Assembly: GCA_963717775.1 (NCBI GenBank)
Contig: CAVQWZ010000025.1
Location: 131,026 to 195,025, forward strand
Origin: an uncultured delta proteobacterium
GTDB lineage: Bacteria; Desulfobacterota; Desulfuromonadia; Geobacterales; Geobacteraceae
Reading direction: 5' to 3'
Length of the DNA stretch: 64,000 nucleotides
The notes under the pieces are model-generated. The model did no database searches. It was given only the letters and a program-made list of their open reading frames with translations, and was not told where the DNA came from. Both the position numbers and the translations under genes were made by a program. Numbering within the stretch: position 1 is the first letter of the stretch; each line of letters starts with the position of its first letter. Of this stretch, positions 18,864 through 29,863 are shown one piece after another.

Positions 18864-20043
18864 TTGAAAAACGGAAAACTCCGCATCCTGATGCTGGCCC
18901 CGACCCCGTATTTTTCCGATCGCGGCTGCCACGTGAGGATTTATGAAGAGGCCCGTGCTCTGATCCGGCGTGGCCATGAGGTGCGAATCGTCACCTACCA
19001 CCTGGGCAGGGACATGCCTGAAATACCCACCAGACGCATTCCTTCCATTCCCTGGTACCGCAAGCTTGCCGCGGGTCCTTCCTGGCATAAACCCTATCTC
19101 GATATACTGCTCTTCTTCACGGCAGCATCAGAAATTCGCCGTTTCCGTCCCGACCTGCTCTACGCCCATCTCCATGAAGGGGCCTTTCTCGGGATCTTTC
19201 TGAAAATGCTTTTTCGCATTCCCCTCCTGTTCGATTGCCAGGGGAGCCTGACCACGGAGATCGTTGATCACAATTTTGTTCGAGCGGGTTCTCTGCCGTA
19301 TCGTCTTTTTCAAAGGATCGAGAGTTTTGTCAATGCCCGGGCCGACCTTATATTGACCAGTTCCGGGACTGCTGCCCGTGATCTGAGTCGAGCGATGGGA
19401 CATCCCGAGGGCGAGAGTTCGCTCACTTATGGATGGTGTTGATACCGAGGAGTTCCGGCCCTTCGAAGGTGAAGCGGTTCGCGGAGAGCTGAATCTGCCG
19501 GCCGGTGTCCCGGTGGCAGTCTTTCTTGGTGTCCTCAACCGCTATCAGGGTATCGACATTCTCCTGGAGGTGGTGAAGATCATCAGTGAGAGTGGCGTTC
19601 CGCTCCATTTCCTGATCATGGGGTTTCCCCACCACCAGTACCAGCAGCGAGCGGTTGCGGAGGGGCTTGCCGACCGTATTACTTTTACCGGCAGAATTGA
19701 CTATCATGATGCGGCACGCCTGCTTTCGGCCGGTGATGTGGCTCTGTCCCCAAAGGTTTCCCTTTCCGAAGCCAATGGCAAGCTTTTCAATTATATGGCC
19801 TGTGGCATCCCGGTCCTTGCTTTCGACACTCCGATCAACCGGGAGATACTGGGAGAAGCCGGTGTCTATGCGCGTTTTGCTGATGCTGCGGATTTTGCCG
19901 CACGATTGGTGGAACTGGTCCTGAATGAAGGGCTGCTGTGTGAGTTGGCCGAAAAGGTCCGGCAAAAGGCTGTTGCCGATCACTCCTGGGAGGCGAGAGG
20001 ACGGGAGTTGGAGGATGCCTGCCGGGAAGCGGTAACGAAGTAG
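18864..20043 (+). pseudogene. family 4 (GT-B) glycosyltransferase interrupted by a +1 frame break near 19409-19425
   Basis: ORF 18864-19442 encodes the N-terminal Rossmann half (KLRILMLAPTPYFSDRGCHVRIYEE). ORF 19429-20043 encodes the C-terminal half (DGVDTEEF..., E-x7-E-like SEANGKLFNYMACGIPVLAF). The halves join if one base is removed around the GGG at 19409-19411. Confidence 0.8.
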
Positions 20044-20140
20044 CAATCACCCGTATCTGCTGATAAAACGGGCAACCACTGCTGGCTGCCCGCCAAAGAT
20101 TTCCCCCGCTTCGACTCGTGACAACGGGGGTAGCATGAGT

Positions 20141-23100
20141 CTATTTCACCAGCGCCCCGAATTCCACCCGACTGGCGCTATTTCCTTTTTCCTTAGGCTC
20201 TTTGTAGATATCGCCGTTTTTCAGAAAGACCCTCTCCTGGTTTACCTTTCCTTGTTCTGTCAGAAAATTCCGGACAACGGCGGCACGCTCCTGCGCCAGT
20301 TTCTTCAGTTCCGCGTCTCCTACGACCGTATTTGCGAAAATGAGCTTCCTCATTTCGCTGTCCGGCAGGTCCTTGAGCATGCCGATGAAGTTACGAGGTT
20401 TGGGGAATTTTTCATTCCGATAGACAATTTTCAGATAGGTCGAATACTCCGCTGGCAGAATTTCGGTGGAATTCGGTGTCTGGCCCGGAAGGTTCTTCTT
20501 ATCCTTGACCAGGGCCAGGAATTTCTCCGTCCGCATCTTACGTGCAAGGTATTCATTGCGATAGCCCTCGGGATCATTTTCCTTGTCAACAAATCCGGTT
20601 ACATCAACACTCAGGTTCGGGCGCTCCTGAATCGCACCCGCTAGCTTGAGGAGCTTGTCTTTTTCCTGCGGTGTCAAGGTAGTAGAACCGGGAGCAAAGG
20701 TGACGCTGCTGAAATCTTCGCTGCCGCCGCCGATTGCAGCCTGCAGCAAGGCAAAGGGTGAGGTTGCCGCCTTTACCAGCAGGTTGCGCAAGACCTGGAA
20801 AACCAGTCGCCAGATGCTGAACTCGGGATCATCCGTTCTGCCGGTTACTGGCAGGTCAATGTGGATTTCCCCTTTCCGGTCCTTCAGAAGCGCCACTGCC
20901 AGGCGTACCGGCAGGCTGGTCGCTTTGTCGCTGTCCACCTTTTTGCCGAATTCCAGTTGGTCGAAATACAGCTTGTTTTCCGAGGTGAGGTTTTTGTCTT
21001 CGATATGATAGGCAAGCTCCAGGAACAGCTTGCCTTTCTCCACCGTATAGCCGAGGTAGGTGCCGGTATAAGGACTTGTCGGGGAAAGTTCGATGTCGGA
21101 AAAATTGATCTTCAGGTCAAGGAAGAGATTCTTGCGCAGCGGGTTGATGGTGCCTGCGATGGTGAGTGGCGAATGATTTTCCAGATTGCCGCGCAGGTCA
21201 ACATCTGCCACGTTTTTTTCATCGGAGGTAATACCGCTGATTCTTCCGCCGAGATTGTAGAAGGTAGTGACAAATGGAAGCTTGAGATGATAGTCGCTGA
21301 AGACCATGGTTCCGCCCTGAAGGGTTATCGAATTGATCCTGATGTCCGGTCTTATCGCGGAGACAGCTGGTGTTGGTGGCGGCGGTGGAGATTTGCCACC
21401 GGGTTGAATGGCGGGCTGGGAAGTTTCGGTCATCAGGTTCTCCAGATTGAGGGTCTGATCCTTGGTGATGGTTACCCGTGAGTAAAAATTGGTGAGCGAT
21501 ACGTCGCTGACTTTCAGACTGAAAGGGCTGAGGACTCCTTTGATGCCGCTCAGTTGCATGCGCTCCCACTTCAGCAGGTCTTCATTATCTTTTGTGTCAA
21601 GACAGTAGAAGGAGCGTATCCCGAGGGAACCGTCGAATGTCCCGTTGATCTTCTCTCCCGTCTTGGCCAGGTTGAAACCCAGCCGGGTATCCACCGCTCC
21701 TCCGGCGATGGACAGGGCCAGGTTGTCCGGGAGATAGGCATCAAAATCCCGCAGCGGGATTCTTTTCAGTTCAAGGATGCCCTTGAGTTTGAGGGGTGAG
21801 GGCAGGGCAGTGCCGGAAACCTTGATCTTTCCGCTCTTTCCGTAGCCCGTTGCGAGTGTAAACGGGATTGTGCCGCTGGTCGGTTCGCTGTAGTCCTGCA
21901 GGGTAAAGCTGAGCCCCTTCAGGGGAAAGGTCGGGTTTCCCTGAAGGCTATGGTCGCTGAAGGTGATATTCAAGCCGCTTCCCTCAACCTTCCTGACCCG
22001 GTAGGTAAATGGGGCGGCAGTGGGCGAATCACTTGCGTGCGTCATCGTTTTTGTTTTTGTCAGGACCAGTATTCTCTCAAAGGAAAAACCGCCTCTCTTC
22101 TCACGGGAAAAATTGACATCTCCGCCCGCAAGGGTAACCGATTCCACTTCGGCCGCTTTATCCTTCAGGGAGATCTTTCCTCCCTTGAGAGAGACCTCTG
22201 CCAGTCGAACCCTTTCTTTCTTGCCGAAATCAGCGGCAAGGTCATGTCCGGCCAAGGTCATGTCGGTCACCTTCAATCCAACGTCGCTGTTGAAACTTAC
22301 CGTGGCTGTGGTGTCGAGTTTCCCGGTAAGGGGAGTATTCAGTCGGTCAGCAAGGTAGGGGTAGTAACTCCCGATGTCTAAACCGGTTGCCTTCAACTGT
22401 GCCGAAAGGGCAAGTGGGGTGAGGGTCAGTTGGCCGTTCAGAGAGACCGACTCGTTACGCGGGGAGTGAAAGGACAGGTTCCAGGTGGCATTGCCGTTCT
22501 TTTGCGTAGTCAGTCCCGTGACGGTCATGTCAAGTGAAGTCAGGTCGGTTCTGAAACCACCCTGAGGGACTCTGTCAAGGACATGGACCTTTCCGCCCGT
22601 ACTCTTTATGCTGGCTACTTTCAGAAAGGGCTTCGGTGACTCTTTCGTTTTCTCGGGTGTCGAATCCGTGGCGGGAGGCTGCAGCTTCTGCCAGGTCCAT
22701 CTACCCTGTGCATCCCGCTCCAGGAAAACTTCAAGACCTGCGGTTTGCAGAGCCGCTAGATCAAATTTGCGGGCAAAGAGATCAGCCTGGTTGATCCGCA
22801 TCAGCCCACTGTCCATTGAGAGGAGCGGTTTTCCCTGTTTGTTCTTTACCATGATGTTATCCAGTTTCAGGGCACCCGTCACGGTGACTTCGGGTTTTGC
22901 CGTGGTTGAAACCCGGTAGGTTATTTCTGTGGTTGTGGAAAAGGTCCCGGAACTGAAAGAGATCGGCGTCGACAGGGGGAGATAGGCCATGTAATGGGGA
23001 ATGTCCATTTTTCGGATGGTGATGATGGCGGATGTTTCCACGGCTTTGGCCAAAGGCCTGAGTTTGCCGTCGGCGACGAAACGGGCTCCGTTAATTTCGG

Positions 23101-23671
23101 CGCTGAAATGTGGAGCAACATAGATGTCCGCCAGGTAGGGGATGTTACTGATGAAGGGCACGGAAATCTTCATCTGTCGAATTGTATGTGCAGTTGTACT
23201 GCCGGCAGCCTGGTCGAGAAAATCAACCGATCCATTGCCGATTTCAATGTTATTGATCGAGTAAAGAAGACTTGATCCCTTCTCGGATTTCTTACTGGTG
23301 AGAAGATCGGAAAAGTTATAGCTGTTCGCTGCGGTACGGACGATGTTCAGACGGGGCCTGGATATCTGCAGCTTTGACACGATGAAGGCCCTTTTTGTCA
23401 GAGATGCCGGGCTGAGCTTTATCCGGGCGCTGCTGAAGGAGACAAAGGCCTTGTTTCTTGCTTTATTCGTGAGGCGGAAGTCGCTGACCTCCGCGGTCCA
23501 GGTAAAAGGATTTAATGTGATGCGGCCGATGGAGGCCTTGCGTCCCGTTGCCTCTTCCAGTTTGTCCGTTATCACGTTGCGCAGTATGCCGGGCAGGAGA
23601 AGAATAATGAAGAGCAGGATAACAGCAAGGATGCCAATGCTCCAGAGAGTCGGTTTGCCGGGAAGTTTCAT
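20141..23671 (-). CDS. large DUF748/AsmA-like envelope protein (1176 aa)
   Basis: N-terminal membrane anchor followed by repetitive beta-rich sequence (ITLNPFTWTAEVSDFRL-type repeats). A proline-rich linker GGKSPPPPPTP. An OmpA-like-looking C-terminus. Family assignment is from memory of DUF748 proteins. Confidence 0.65.
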   Translation of the reverse strand: MKLPGKPTLWSIGILAVILLFIILLLPGILRNVITDKLEEATGRKASIGRITLNPFTWTAEVSDFRLTNKARNKAFVSFSSARIKLSPASLTKRAFIVSKLQISRPRLNIVRTAANSYNFSDLLTSKKSEKGSSLLYSINNIEIGNGSVDFLDQAAGSTTAHTIRQMKISVPFISNIPYLADIYVAPHFSAEINGARFVADGKLRPLAKAVETSAIITIRKMDIPHYMAYLPLSTPISFSSGTFSTTTEITYRVSTTAKPEVTVTGALKLDNIMVKNKQGKPLLSMDSGLMRINQADLFARKFDLAALQTAGLEVFLERDAQGRWTWQKLQPPATDSTPEKTKESPKPFLKVASIKSTGGKVHVLDRVPQGGFRTDLTSLDMTVTGLTTQKNGNATWNLSFHSPRNESVSLNGQLTLTPLALSAQLKATGLDIGSYYPYLADRLNTPLTGKLDTTATVSFNSDVGLKVTDMTLAGHDLAADFGKKERVRLAEVSLKGGKISLKDKAAEVESVTLAGGDVNFSREKRGGFSFERILVLTKTKTMTHASDSPTAAPFTYRVRKVEGSGLNITFSDHSLQGNPTFPLKGLSFTLQDYSEPTSGTIPFTLATGYGKSGKIKVSGTALPSPLKLKGILELKRIPLRDFDAYLPDNLALSIAGGAVDTRLGFNLAKTGEKINGTFDGSLGIRSFYCLDTKDNEDLLKWERMQLSGIKGVLSPFSLKVSDVSLTNFYSRVTITKDQTLNLENLMTETSQPAIQPGGKSPPPPPTPAVSAIRPDIRINSITLQGGTMVFSDYHLKLPFVTTFYNLGGRISGITSDEKNVADVDLRGNLENHSPLTIAGTINPLRKNLFLDLKINFSDIELSPTSPYTGTYLGYTVEKGKLFLELAYHIEDKNLTSENKLYFDQLEFGKKVDSDKATSLPVRLAVALLKDRKGEIHIDLPVTGRTDDPEFSIWRLVFQVLRNLLVKAATSPFALLQAAIGGGSEDFSSVTFAPGSTTLTPQEKDKLLKLAGAIQERPNLSVDVTGFVDKENDPEGYRNEYLARKMRTEKFLALVKDKKNLPGQTPNSTEILPAEYSTYLKIVYRNEKFPKPRNFIGMLKDLPDSEMRKLIFANTVVGDAELKKLAQERAAVVRNFLTEQGKVNQERVFLKNGDIYKEPKEKGNSASRVEFGALVK

Positions 23672-23907
23672 CAGGGTCTCCTTGATGGTGGTCTGTGTCT
23701 GCGATCCTTGGCAGGCTCATACCGTACAGTATAAGCTACCCGTCAAGAAAGGAAAGTTTCGTTTACTGTTTTATGCCGGGGGAATTGTCGATAGATTGGT
23801 TATGCTTGTCATATGAATAAATATACATATAATTATTGTAACTATTCAGCATGCTTCACGATCTGCAGGTTACAAAAGGAAAGCATTCGCCTGCAAGGAG
23901 ACCTCTC

Positions 23908-26322
23908 ATGACTCCCCGCAGTAAAATTCCGCTGTTGATCAGTCTGGCCCTTGCTGCACTGTTTCTTATTCTGCTGTTTGGTGCCCGCATTATTTTGTTG
24001 GGGAGTTATGAAGACCTCGAAGAAAAAAGAGGTTCGCGCGAACGTCGAGAGAGTCATCAATGCCTTGAAAGCGGAGTTGGGGAGTATTACTTCCCTGGCC
24101 AAGGACTACGCGGGCTGGGACGACAGCTACCGGTTTGTTCAGGACGGCAACAGTGCGTTTATCCGCAAAAACCTTGGTGATCCGAATTTTGAACAACTGG
24201 GGATGAATCTGATTGTCTATGTTAACACAAGGGGGCAATGGGTATATTTCCGTGCTTTCGATCAGCAGAAGAAGCAGGAGAGCCCTTTTCCGCAAAGTCT
24301 ACGAGAAATAATTACGCCCTCGAGTCCTTTACTGAAAGAGAATGCCAGGAGTAAGGCTTGGACCGGGATTCTAACTCTTCCCGAGGGAATCCTCCTTATC
24401 TCCGGAGTCCCAATTCTCACGAGTGACATTCGTGGTCCGTCGACGGGGACACTTGTCATGGGGCGTTTTCTAATCGTGCCGAAGTCGAGAGGTTTTCGCT
24501 CATCACCAAGCTTCAACTGCGAGTCTATCCTGCCTCAGGCCGGAATCTTCCGCTGCCCCTTTTTTCCTTTGACCAGGAAAAATCCCTGGTTGTCCGTGGG
24601 GGCAATAATAAATATATCTCAGGATTTTCCCTCCTTTCCGATGTCTATGGTAACCCGGCACTGGTTGTCCAGGTCGATACGCCACGGACAACCTATCACC
24701 AGGGGATTAGAACCATAGGGTATTTTGCGGCCTGGTTTGCCGGCTTCTCGCTCCTGATAGCCGGCATCAGCATATATGTCGCTCGCAAAATGCTTCTGGT
24801 TCAGCAAAAGGGCAAGGAAAGCCACAGTCGCTACCAGGCTGTTGTCGATGGGTACGATGGACTGATTTACATTGTTTCTGCAGCGAGGCGGATCGAGTTC
24901 ATGAACCGGAAACTGATCGAGCGCCTCGGCAGGGACGCTACAGGGGAAATATGTCATGAGGCCCTGCAGAATTTCGGTGATATCTGTGAATGGTGTGATA
25001 ATGAAAGAATAGTTTCAGGGGAGACGGTTCGTTGCGAGATCTATAATCCGAAGGATCAAAACTGGTACTATGTGATCAGCGCTCCTGTGTATAATCCTGA
25101 CGGTACGGTTTCAAAGCAGTCCATGTTGACGGATATCACTGAAATAAAACAGGCTGCAAGTGAGAAGGCAGAACTGGAGTCTCAGCTTCGCCAGGCACAG
25201 AAAATGGAAGCGGTTGGACAGTTGGCTGGTGGGGTTGCCCATGATTTCAATAATATCCTCTGTGCCATCATCGGTTTTGCTTCGCTGGTCGAGATGAACT
25301 TGAAGGAGGACGATCCTGCCCGACCGCATCTGGAGCAGATTCTTGGGGCAAGTGATCGGGCCAGCCATTTGGTCTCCGCGCTGCTTGCCTTCAGTAGAAA
25401 GCAGGTCATCAACCCCCACCCGATCGACATGAACCGGATTGTGCGTGATGTCCAGAAGATATTGGGGAGGCTCATTACCGAGGATATCGACCTGCAGATT
25501 CAACAGATTGAACAAGAATTGAATGTGCTGGTTGACCCGGGCCAGATCGATCAAGTGATCATTAACCTGGTGACCAATGCCAAGGATGCGATGCCGGGCG
25601 GTGGGGTTCTTGCGCTAGAGACCGCCAGGGAACCGCTTCCCATTGAACTCCTCAAGGCGGACGGAGCCGTTTCGGAGGTTCCCTATGCCGTGCTTGCCGT
25701 GAAAGATACCGGAACCGGAATGGACAGTGTAGCACGAGAGAAACTGTTTGAACCGTTCTTCACCACAAAAGAGGTTGGCAAAGGGACCGGGCTTGGCCTT
25801 TCCATTGTCTACGGGATCGTGAAGCAGCATAACGGGTTCATAACCGTTGACAGCGAGCCGGGAAAAGGGACTACATTTAAAGTGTTCTTCCCTCTGGTCA
25901 TGGTACCTGCCGGAACACGGGTATCGTATGAACCTCAGACCGCTGGCCTTCACGGTATGGAGACAATCCTGGTCGTTGAGGACAATTTTGCGGTGAGAGT
26001 TCTGAACAGAACCATACTGGAGACGTTTGGATACCGGGTGATAGAAGCGCTGGATGGCAGCGATGCCCTGACGAAGTTCAACGCGCACCAGAATGAGATT
26101 CAACTAGTGGTGATGGATGTTGTCATGCCAAAGATGAACGGCCGGCAGGCTTACGAAGAGATGTGTCGGACTTGCCCTGGTGTGAAGGTGGTATTCATGA
26201 GCGGCTATGCATCTGATATTATGATGGAAAAGGGTTTTTTTACGGATGAGTTTCACTTCATCACCAAGCCCATCAAGCCGATTGACTTTCTTGAGAAGGT
26301 GCGCATGGTTCTCGATCAGTAG
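23908..26322 (+). pseudogene. hybrid sensor histidine kinase (TM-CHASE4-TM-PAS-HisKA-HATPase-REC) with two compensating frame breaks
   Basis: Frame 1 has ATG 23908 (RBS AAGGAGA) and TM1. The CHASE4-like part (DYAGWDDSYRFVQDGNSAFI...) is in frame 2 from about 24025 to about 24468. Frame 1 then resumes (SNRAEVERFSLITKLQLRVYP..., TM2, PAS, HDFNNIL H-box, G-boxes, C-terminal receiver). Confidence 0.8.
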
Positions 26323-26489
26323 CAGGGACTTCTGCCAACGATCCTTTCCGAATTTTCACGTCGACTTCCTAAGCACGACAGACTCCTAGGCAATAGACTA
26401 TTTCTCTTCGGGCTGGTATTATTATCAAATGTGGGTCATTGGTCGCTAGCATTTTTCAGACCACTGTCGCTACATACTGAGGTTCAGGA

Positions 26490-27056
26490 ATGATATGTCA
26501 CCGTTGCGGGAAGTTTTTCCAGGAGGGATCTCGATTTTGTCCCGGATGTGGTCTTCAATTGGCCGGAACTGCACCACCGGATGATCAAGCCCGGTCGATT
26601 TCTGATCCTTCCCTACAATCCTGTTCGCCGTCTCCTGTCTTGTATGCCGGCTTCTGGCGTCGGGTTGTGGCTTTTCTGATCGACAGGTTTCTGTTGGGCT
26701 TTGTGAATGTGTCTCTGTGTCTCTTCTATTTTTTCCTGTCAGGAATGTCTTGGAATAGTGAAGATCTGCGCACACTATCTCTGGCTAGCGCCGTTTTCGG
26801 TTTTTTGCTAAAATGGCTCTACTTTACCTTGCTGGAGAGCTCAGTTTTGCAGGCGACGCTTGGGAAAACTTTCATCGGCATCAGGGTAACCGACGAACAA
26901 GGGCGCAGGATCTCCATTCTCAAGGCAAACGCACGCTACTGGGCGAAGATACTCTCGGTGCTTACTCTCGGGGTTGGCTTTCTCATGGCGGGATTCACCC
27001 GGAGGAAACAGGCACTGCATGATTTTGTTGCCGGGACTCTTGTTGTCCGCGGATAG
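26490..27056 (+). CDS. RDD-family membrane protein with N-terminal zinc ribbon
   Basis: MICHRCGKFFQEGSRFCPGCG zinc ribbon, then YAGFWRRVVAFLIDRFLL and three TM segments typical of RDD proteins. Confidence 0.75.
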   Translation: MICHRCGKFFQEGSRFCPGCGLQLAGTAPPDDQARSISDPSLQSCSPSPVLYAGFWRRVVAFLIDRFLLGFVNVSLCLFYFFLSGMSWNSEDLRTLSLASAVFGFLLKWLYFTLLESSVLQATLGKTFIGIRVTDEQGRRISILKANARYWAKILSVLTLGVGFLMAGFTRRKQALHDFVAGTLVVRG

Positions 27057-27119
27057 TATATTTCTCTTCTGAAGTTTCCAGTCGGTACCCATCACTGCGG
27101 TTGGTATGGAGGTGAGCAC

Positions 27120-28001
27120 ATGGACAGAAGACAGTTTCTCAAGCTGCTCGGATTATCCCCCCTTTATTCAAACTTTCTTCTCCGTGAAGCGTTGGCGGCA
27201 GAAAAATCGCTGGTGGCGATCGCGGATGATCGCGACTATTCGCAAGCAACCATCAAGGCCCTTAATGCACTCGGCGGTATGCGGCGTTTTGTCCGGCCGG
27301 GGAACGTGGTTGTCGTCAAACCGAATATCGGTTGGGATCGAACTCCGGAACAGGCGGCCAATACCCATCCCCTGGTTGTGCGTGCGGTGGTGTCCGAGGC
27401 TCTCCGGGCCGGCGCGAGTAAGGTCAAGGTGTTTGACCGCTCCTGCAACGATCCCAGGCGTTGTTATGTCACCAGTGGTATTGCTGCGGCCTTGAGGGGA
27501 ATGAAGAATGTTGATCTCAAACACATCGAGGAGGAAAGGTTCAAAGCGGTTCGTCTCAATGGCCGCACTCTTCGTGAATGGGATTTGTACGATGAAGCCC
27601 TGTCTGCCGACGTCTTCATCAATGTCCCGGTGGCAAAACAACATGGCCTTACCGGTCTGACCCTCGGGCTGAAGAACATCATGGGCGTCATGGGTGGGAA
27701 CCGGGGAAGCATTCACAAGTATATCGACTCTGCTCTGGCGGACGTCAATGCTGTTTTGAAGAGTCAGTTGACGGTGATTGATGCAACCCGGATACTGACT
27801 GCTCACGGTCCGCAGGGCGGCGAGCCGCGCGATGTAAAGATCCTCAACAAGGTACTCGCTTCCAGCGATATCGTGGCTGCCGATGCTGTTGCAACAACTT
27901 TTTTCGGACTCAGGCCTGAGGCGATATCGACGACTGTAGCTGCGTACCGGCGGGGTCTTGGGGAGATGAAAATGTCTGGAATACGGATCATCAAGGTTTG
28001 A
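27120..28001 (+). CDS. Tat-exported DUF362 domain protein
   Basis: Twin-arginine leader MDRRQFLKLLGL. VVVKPNIGWDRTPEQAANTHPLVVRAVV is the characteristic DUF362 N-terminal block. Stop overlaps the start of the next gene (TTGA). Confidence 0.75.
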   Translation: MDRRQFLKLLGLSPLYSNFLLREALAAEKSLVAIADDRDYSQATIKALNALGGMRRFVRPGNVVVVKPNIGWDRTPEQAANTHPLVVRAVVSEALRAGASKVKVFDRSCNDPRRCYVTSGIAAALRGMKNVDLKHIEEERFKAVRLNGRTLREWDLYDEALSADVFINVPVAKQHGLTGLTLGLKNIMGVMGGNRGSIHKYIDSALADVNAVLKSQLTVIDATRILTAHGPQGGEPRDVKILNKVLASSDIVAADAVATTFFGLRPEAISTTVAAYRRGLGEMKMSGIRIIKV

Positions 28002-29548
28002 CGGAGATGAAGCCGGGGAAAGTACCATCAGCACGCATCTCTCAAGTACTGTTTCTGCTTCTATTCCTCTTCCTGTTCGTTCAGACGGAATACCGGGGCA
28101 GCGACCGGATATCCTTTGCGGTGAACAGTTTCTTCCGTGCCGATCCCCTGGTCGGGCTCAGTTATCTCCTGGCCGAAAAATCGTATATTATTCTTCTCCT
28201 TCCGGCACTTCTCATGGCAATGGCTACGCTCTTTTTGGGTCGTTTTTTCTGCGGCTGGATCTGCCCACTTGGCACGATACTGGATCTGGTGACCAAAAAA
28301 ATCAGGAAGACGGCGCCGCTGAAATTTCTGCAGGGCAGGGTTAAATATTGGCTGCTCTTTCCGGTGCTGTTTGCCGCCCTCTTCAACATCAATCTCGCCG
28401 GACTCCTTGACCCGATCGCCATTCTGGTCCGGGCACTGACATTCTCCTTCTATCCGCTGTTCGGTGACACGGTACGCCAGGGATGGGTCGGCCTCTACCG
28501 GGTTCTTGGAGAAAATCGGGACGTCCTTTCCCCCGGTTACAGCATTTTACGAGACCAGCTGCTGCCATTTCGGGAAACCTTTTACCCTCTGGCCTTTTTG
28601 TCTTTCGGCCTGTTTCTCGGCATTGTCTTTCTCGAGCGATATGAAACACGACTCTGGTGCCGGCGCCTCTGTCCTTTGGGAACTCTGCTCGGACTCCTGG
28701 CTCGCTTTTCACCCTTTCGACGCACTCCCGCGACTCTTTGCCCGGACTGTGGGGACTGTCGCAGTCTCTGCCCTACATCCTTTGAAAAAGATTTTCTGCA
28801 GCAGGAAGATTGCCTCCGTTGTATGTCCTGCAGCGTGAAGTGCCGTTTCGGCCGGGCTTCTTTCCGATTTAGCGGCTCTGGCGACGGGACTCCGTATCTC
28901 CCTGAGCGGCGAGTTGTCCTGGGCGGGCTGATATCCGGGTTTTTTCTGGCACGCCTGTTCCGTTTCCGCTTTCCCTGGTCACAGGCCGCTGTTCTGCGTC
29001 CCCCCGGTGTGCGTGACGAGGATGTCTTCCTGAAAAAATGCGTACGCTGCGGTGAATGCATGAAGGTCTGTCTGCGGAGCGCGCTCTATCCGGCGATCTT
29101 TCAGGCCGGAGCCGAAGGCCTCTATACGCCGGTTGTGATCCCCCGTCTCGGCTACTGCGAATATAACTGTACCCTGTGCGGGCAGGTCTGCCCGACCGGG
29201 GCGATACCCGATCTTCCGGTGGAGGAGAAGAAACGGGAGGTGCTTGGCAAGGCGGTGCTGGACAGAAACCACTGTCTTCCCCTTGCGAAAAACATAAACT
29301 GCATCGTCTGCGAAGAGCACTGCCCAATCCCGCGCAAGGCAATCCGCTCCGAGGAGGTTCAGTCGGTTGATGCTTCAGGCCGAAGCTTCGTGCTGAGAAA
29401 GCCCTACGTGGTGGATGCGCTCTGCAATGGTTGCGGGATTTGCGAATATGTCTGTCCTCTGGAAGAAAAGTCTGGAATCAAGGTCTTTGCGGTGAAAAAC
29501 CGGGAACCCCTGTCAACGGGCGGTTACGAGGGTGACAGTCCATACTGA
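27998..29548 (+). CDS. membrane-bound polyferredoxin (NapH/MauN-like TM domain plus multiple 4Fe-4S motifs)
   Basis: Two membrane-edge CxxxCP motifs (FCGWICPLGT, WCRRLCPLGT). Several CxxCxxCxxxCP-type clusters (CVRCGECMKVC, CTLCGQVCP, CIVCEEHCP, CNGCGICEYVCP). Confidence 0.8.
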   Translation: MTEMKPGKVPSARISQVLFLLLFLFLFVQTEYRGSDRISFAVNSFFRADPLVGLSYLLAEKSYIILLLPALLMAMATLFLGRFFCGWICPLGTILDLVTKKIRKTAPLKFLQGRVKYWLLFPVLFAALFNINLAGLLDPIAILVRALTFSFYPLFGDTVRQGWVGLYRVLGENRDVLSPGYSILRDQLLPFRETFYPLAFLSFGLFLGIVFLERYETRLWCRRLCPLGTLLGLLARFSPFRRTPATLCPDCGDCRSLCPTSFEKDFLQQEDCLRCMSCSVKCRFGRASFRFSGSGDGTPYLPERRVVLGGLISGFFLARLFRFRFPWSQAAVLRPPGVRDEDVFLKKCVRCGECMKVCLRSALYPAIFQAGAEGLYTPVVIPRLGYCEYNCTLCGQVCPTGAIPDLPVEEKKREVLGKAVLDRNHCLPLAKNINCIVCEEHCPIPRKAIRSEEVQSVDASGRSFVLRKPYVVDALCNGCGICEYVCPLEEKSGIKVFAVKNREPLSTGGYEGDSPY

Positions 29549-29863
29549 CAGACCCTCCTGTCGGTACTTTTCCCTTGCGTTACCGGGGTGTTTGGATTAA
29601 TCTGTAACAGATTCAGGACACAATCCGCCCGATATTTTAGAGGATACAATGTGCTGATCGGACAGCTGGAATCGGTCTTTACCGGCTGTACCGATGATGT
29701 GGAAAAGGCGCTTGAATTTCTGAATGAGGAATAATCAGCTGATAAAAGAGTCGTAAATGCGTCCTGATGTTCCGCTCACCATAGTAAATGTTTTTATCAA
29801 TCACTCAAAAGGGCCCCGGTCAGATACGTTTTAACCGGGTAAAGAAAGGTCTAAAGAAACATC

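Noticed and set aside
29651-29733. 27-codon GTG ORF (VLIGQLESVFTGCTDDVEKALEFLNEE) between the polyferredoxin gene and the acidic-protein gene.
   Set aside because: It is too short, has no clear RBS and no recognisable family, so it cannot be told apart from chance.
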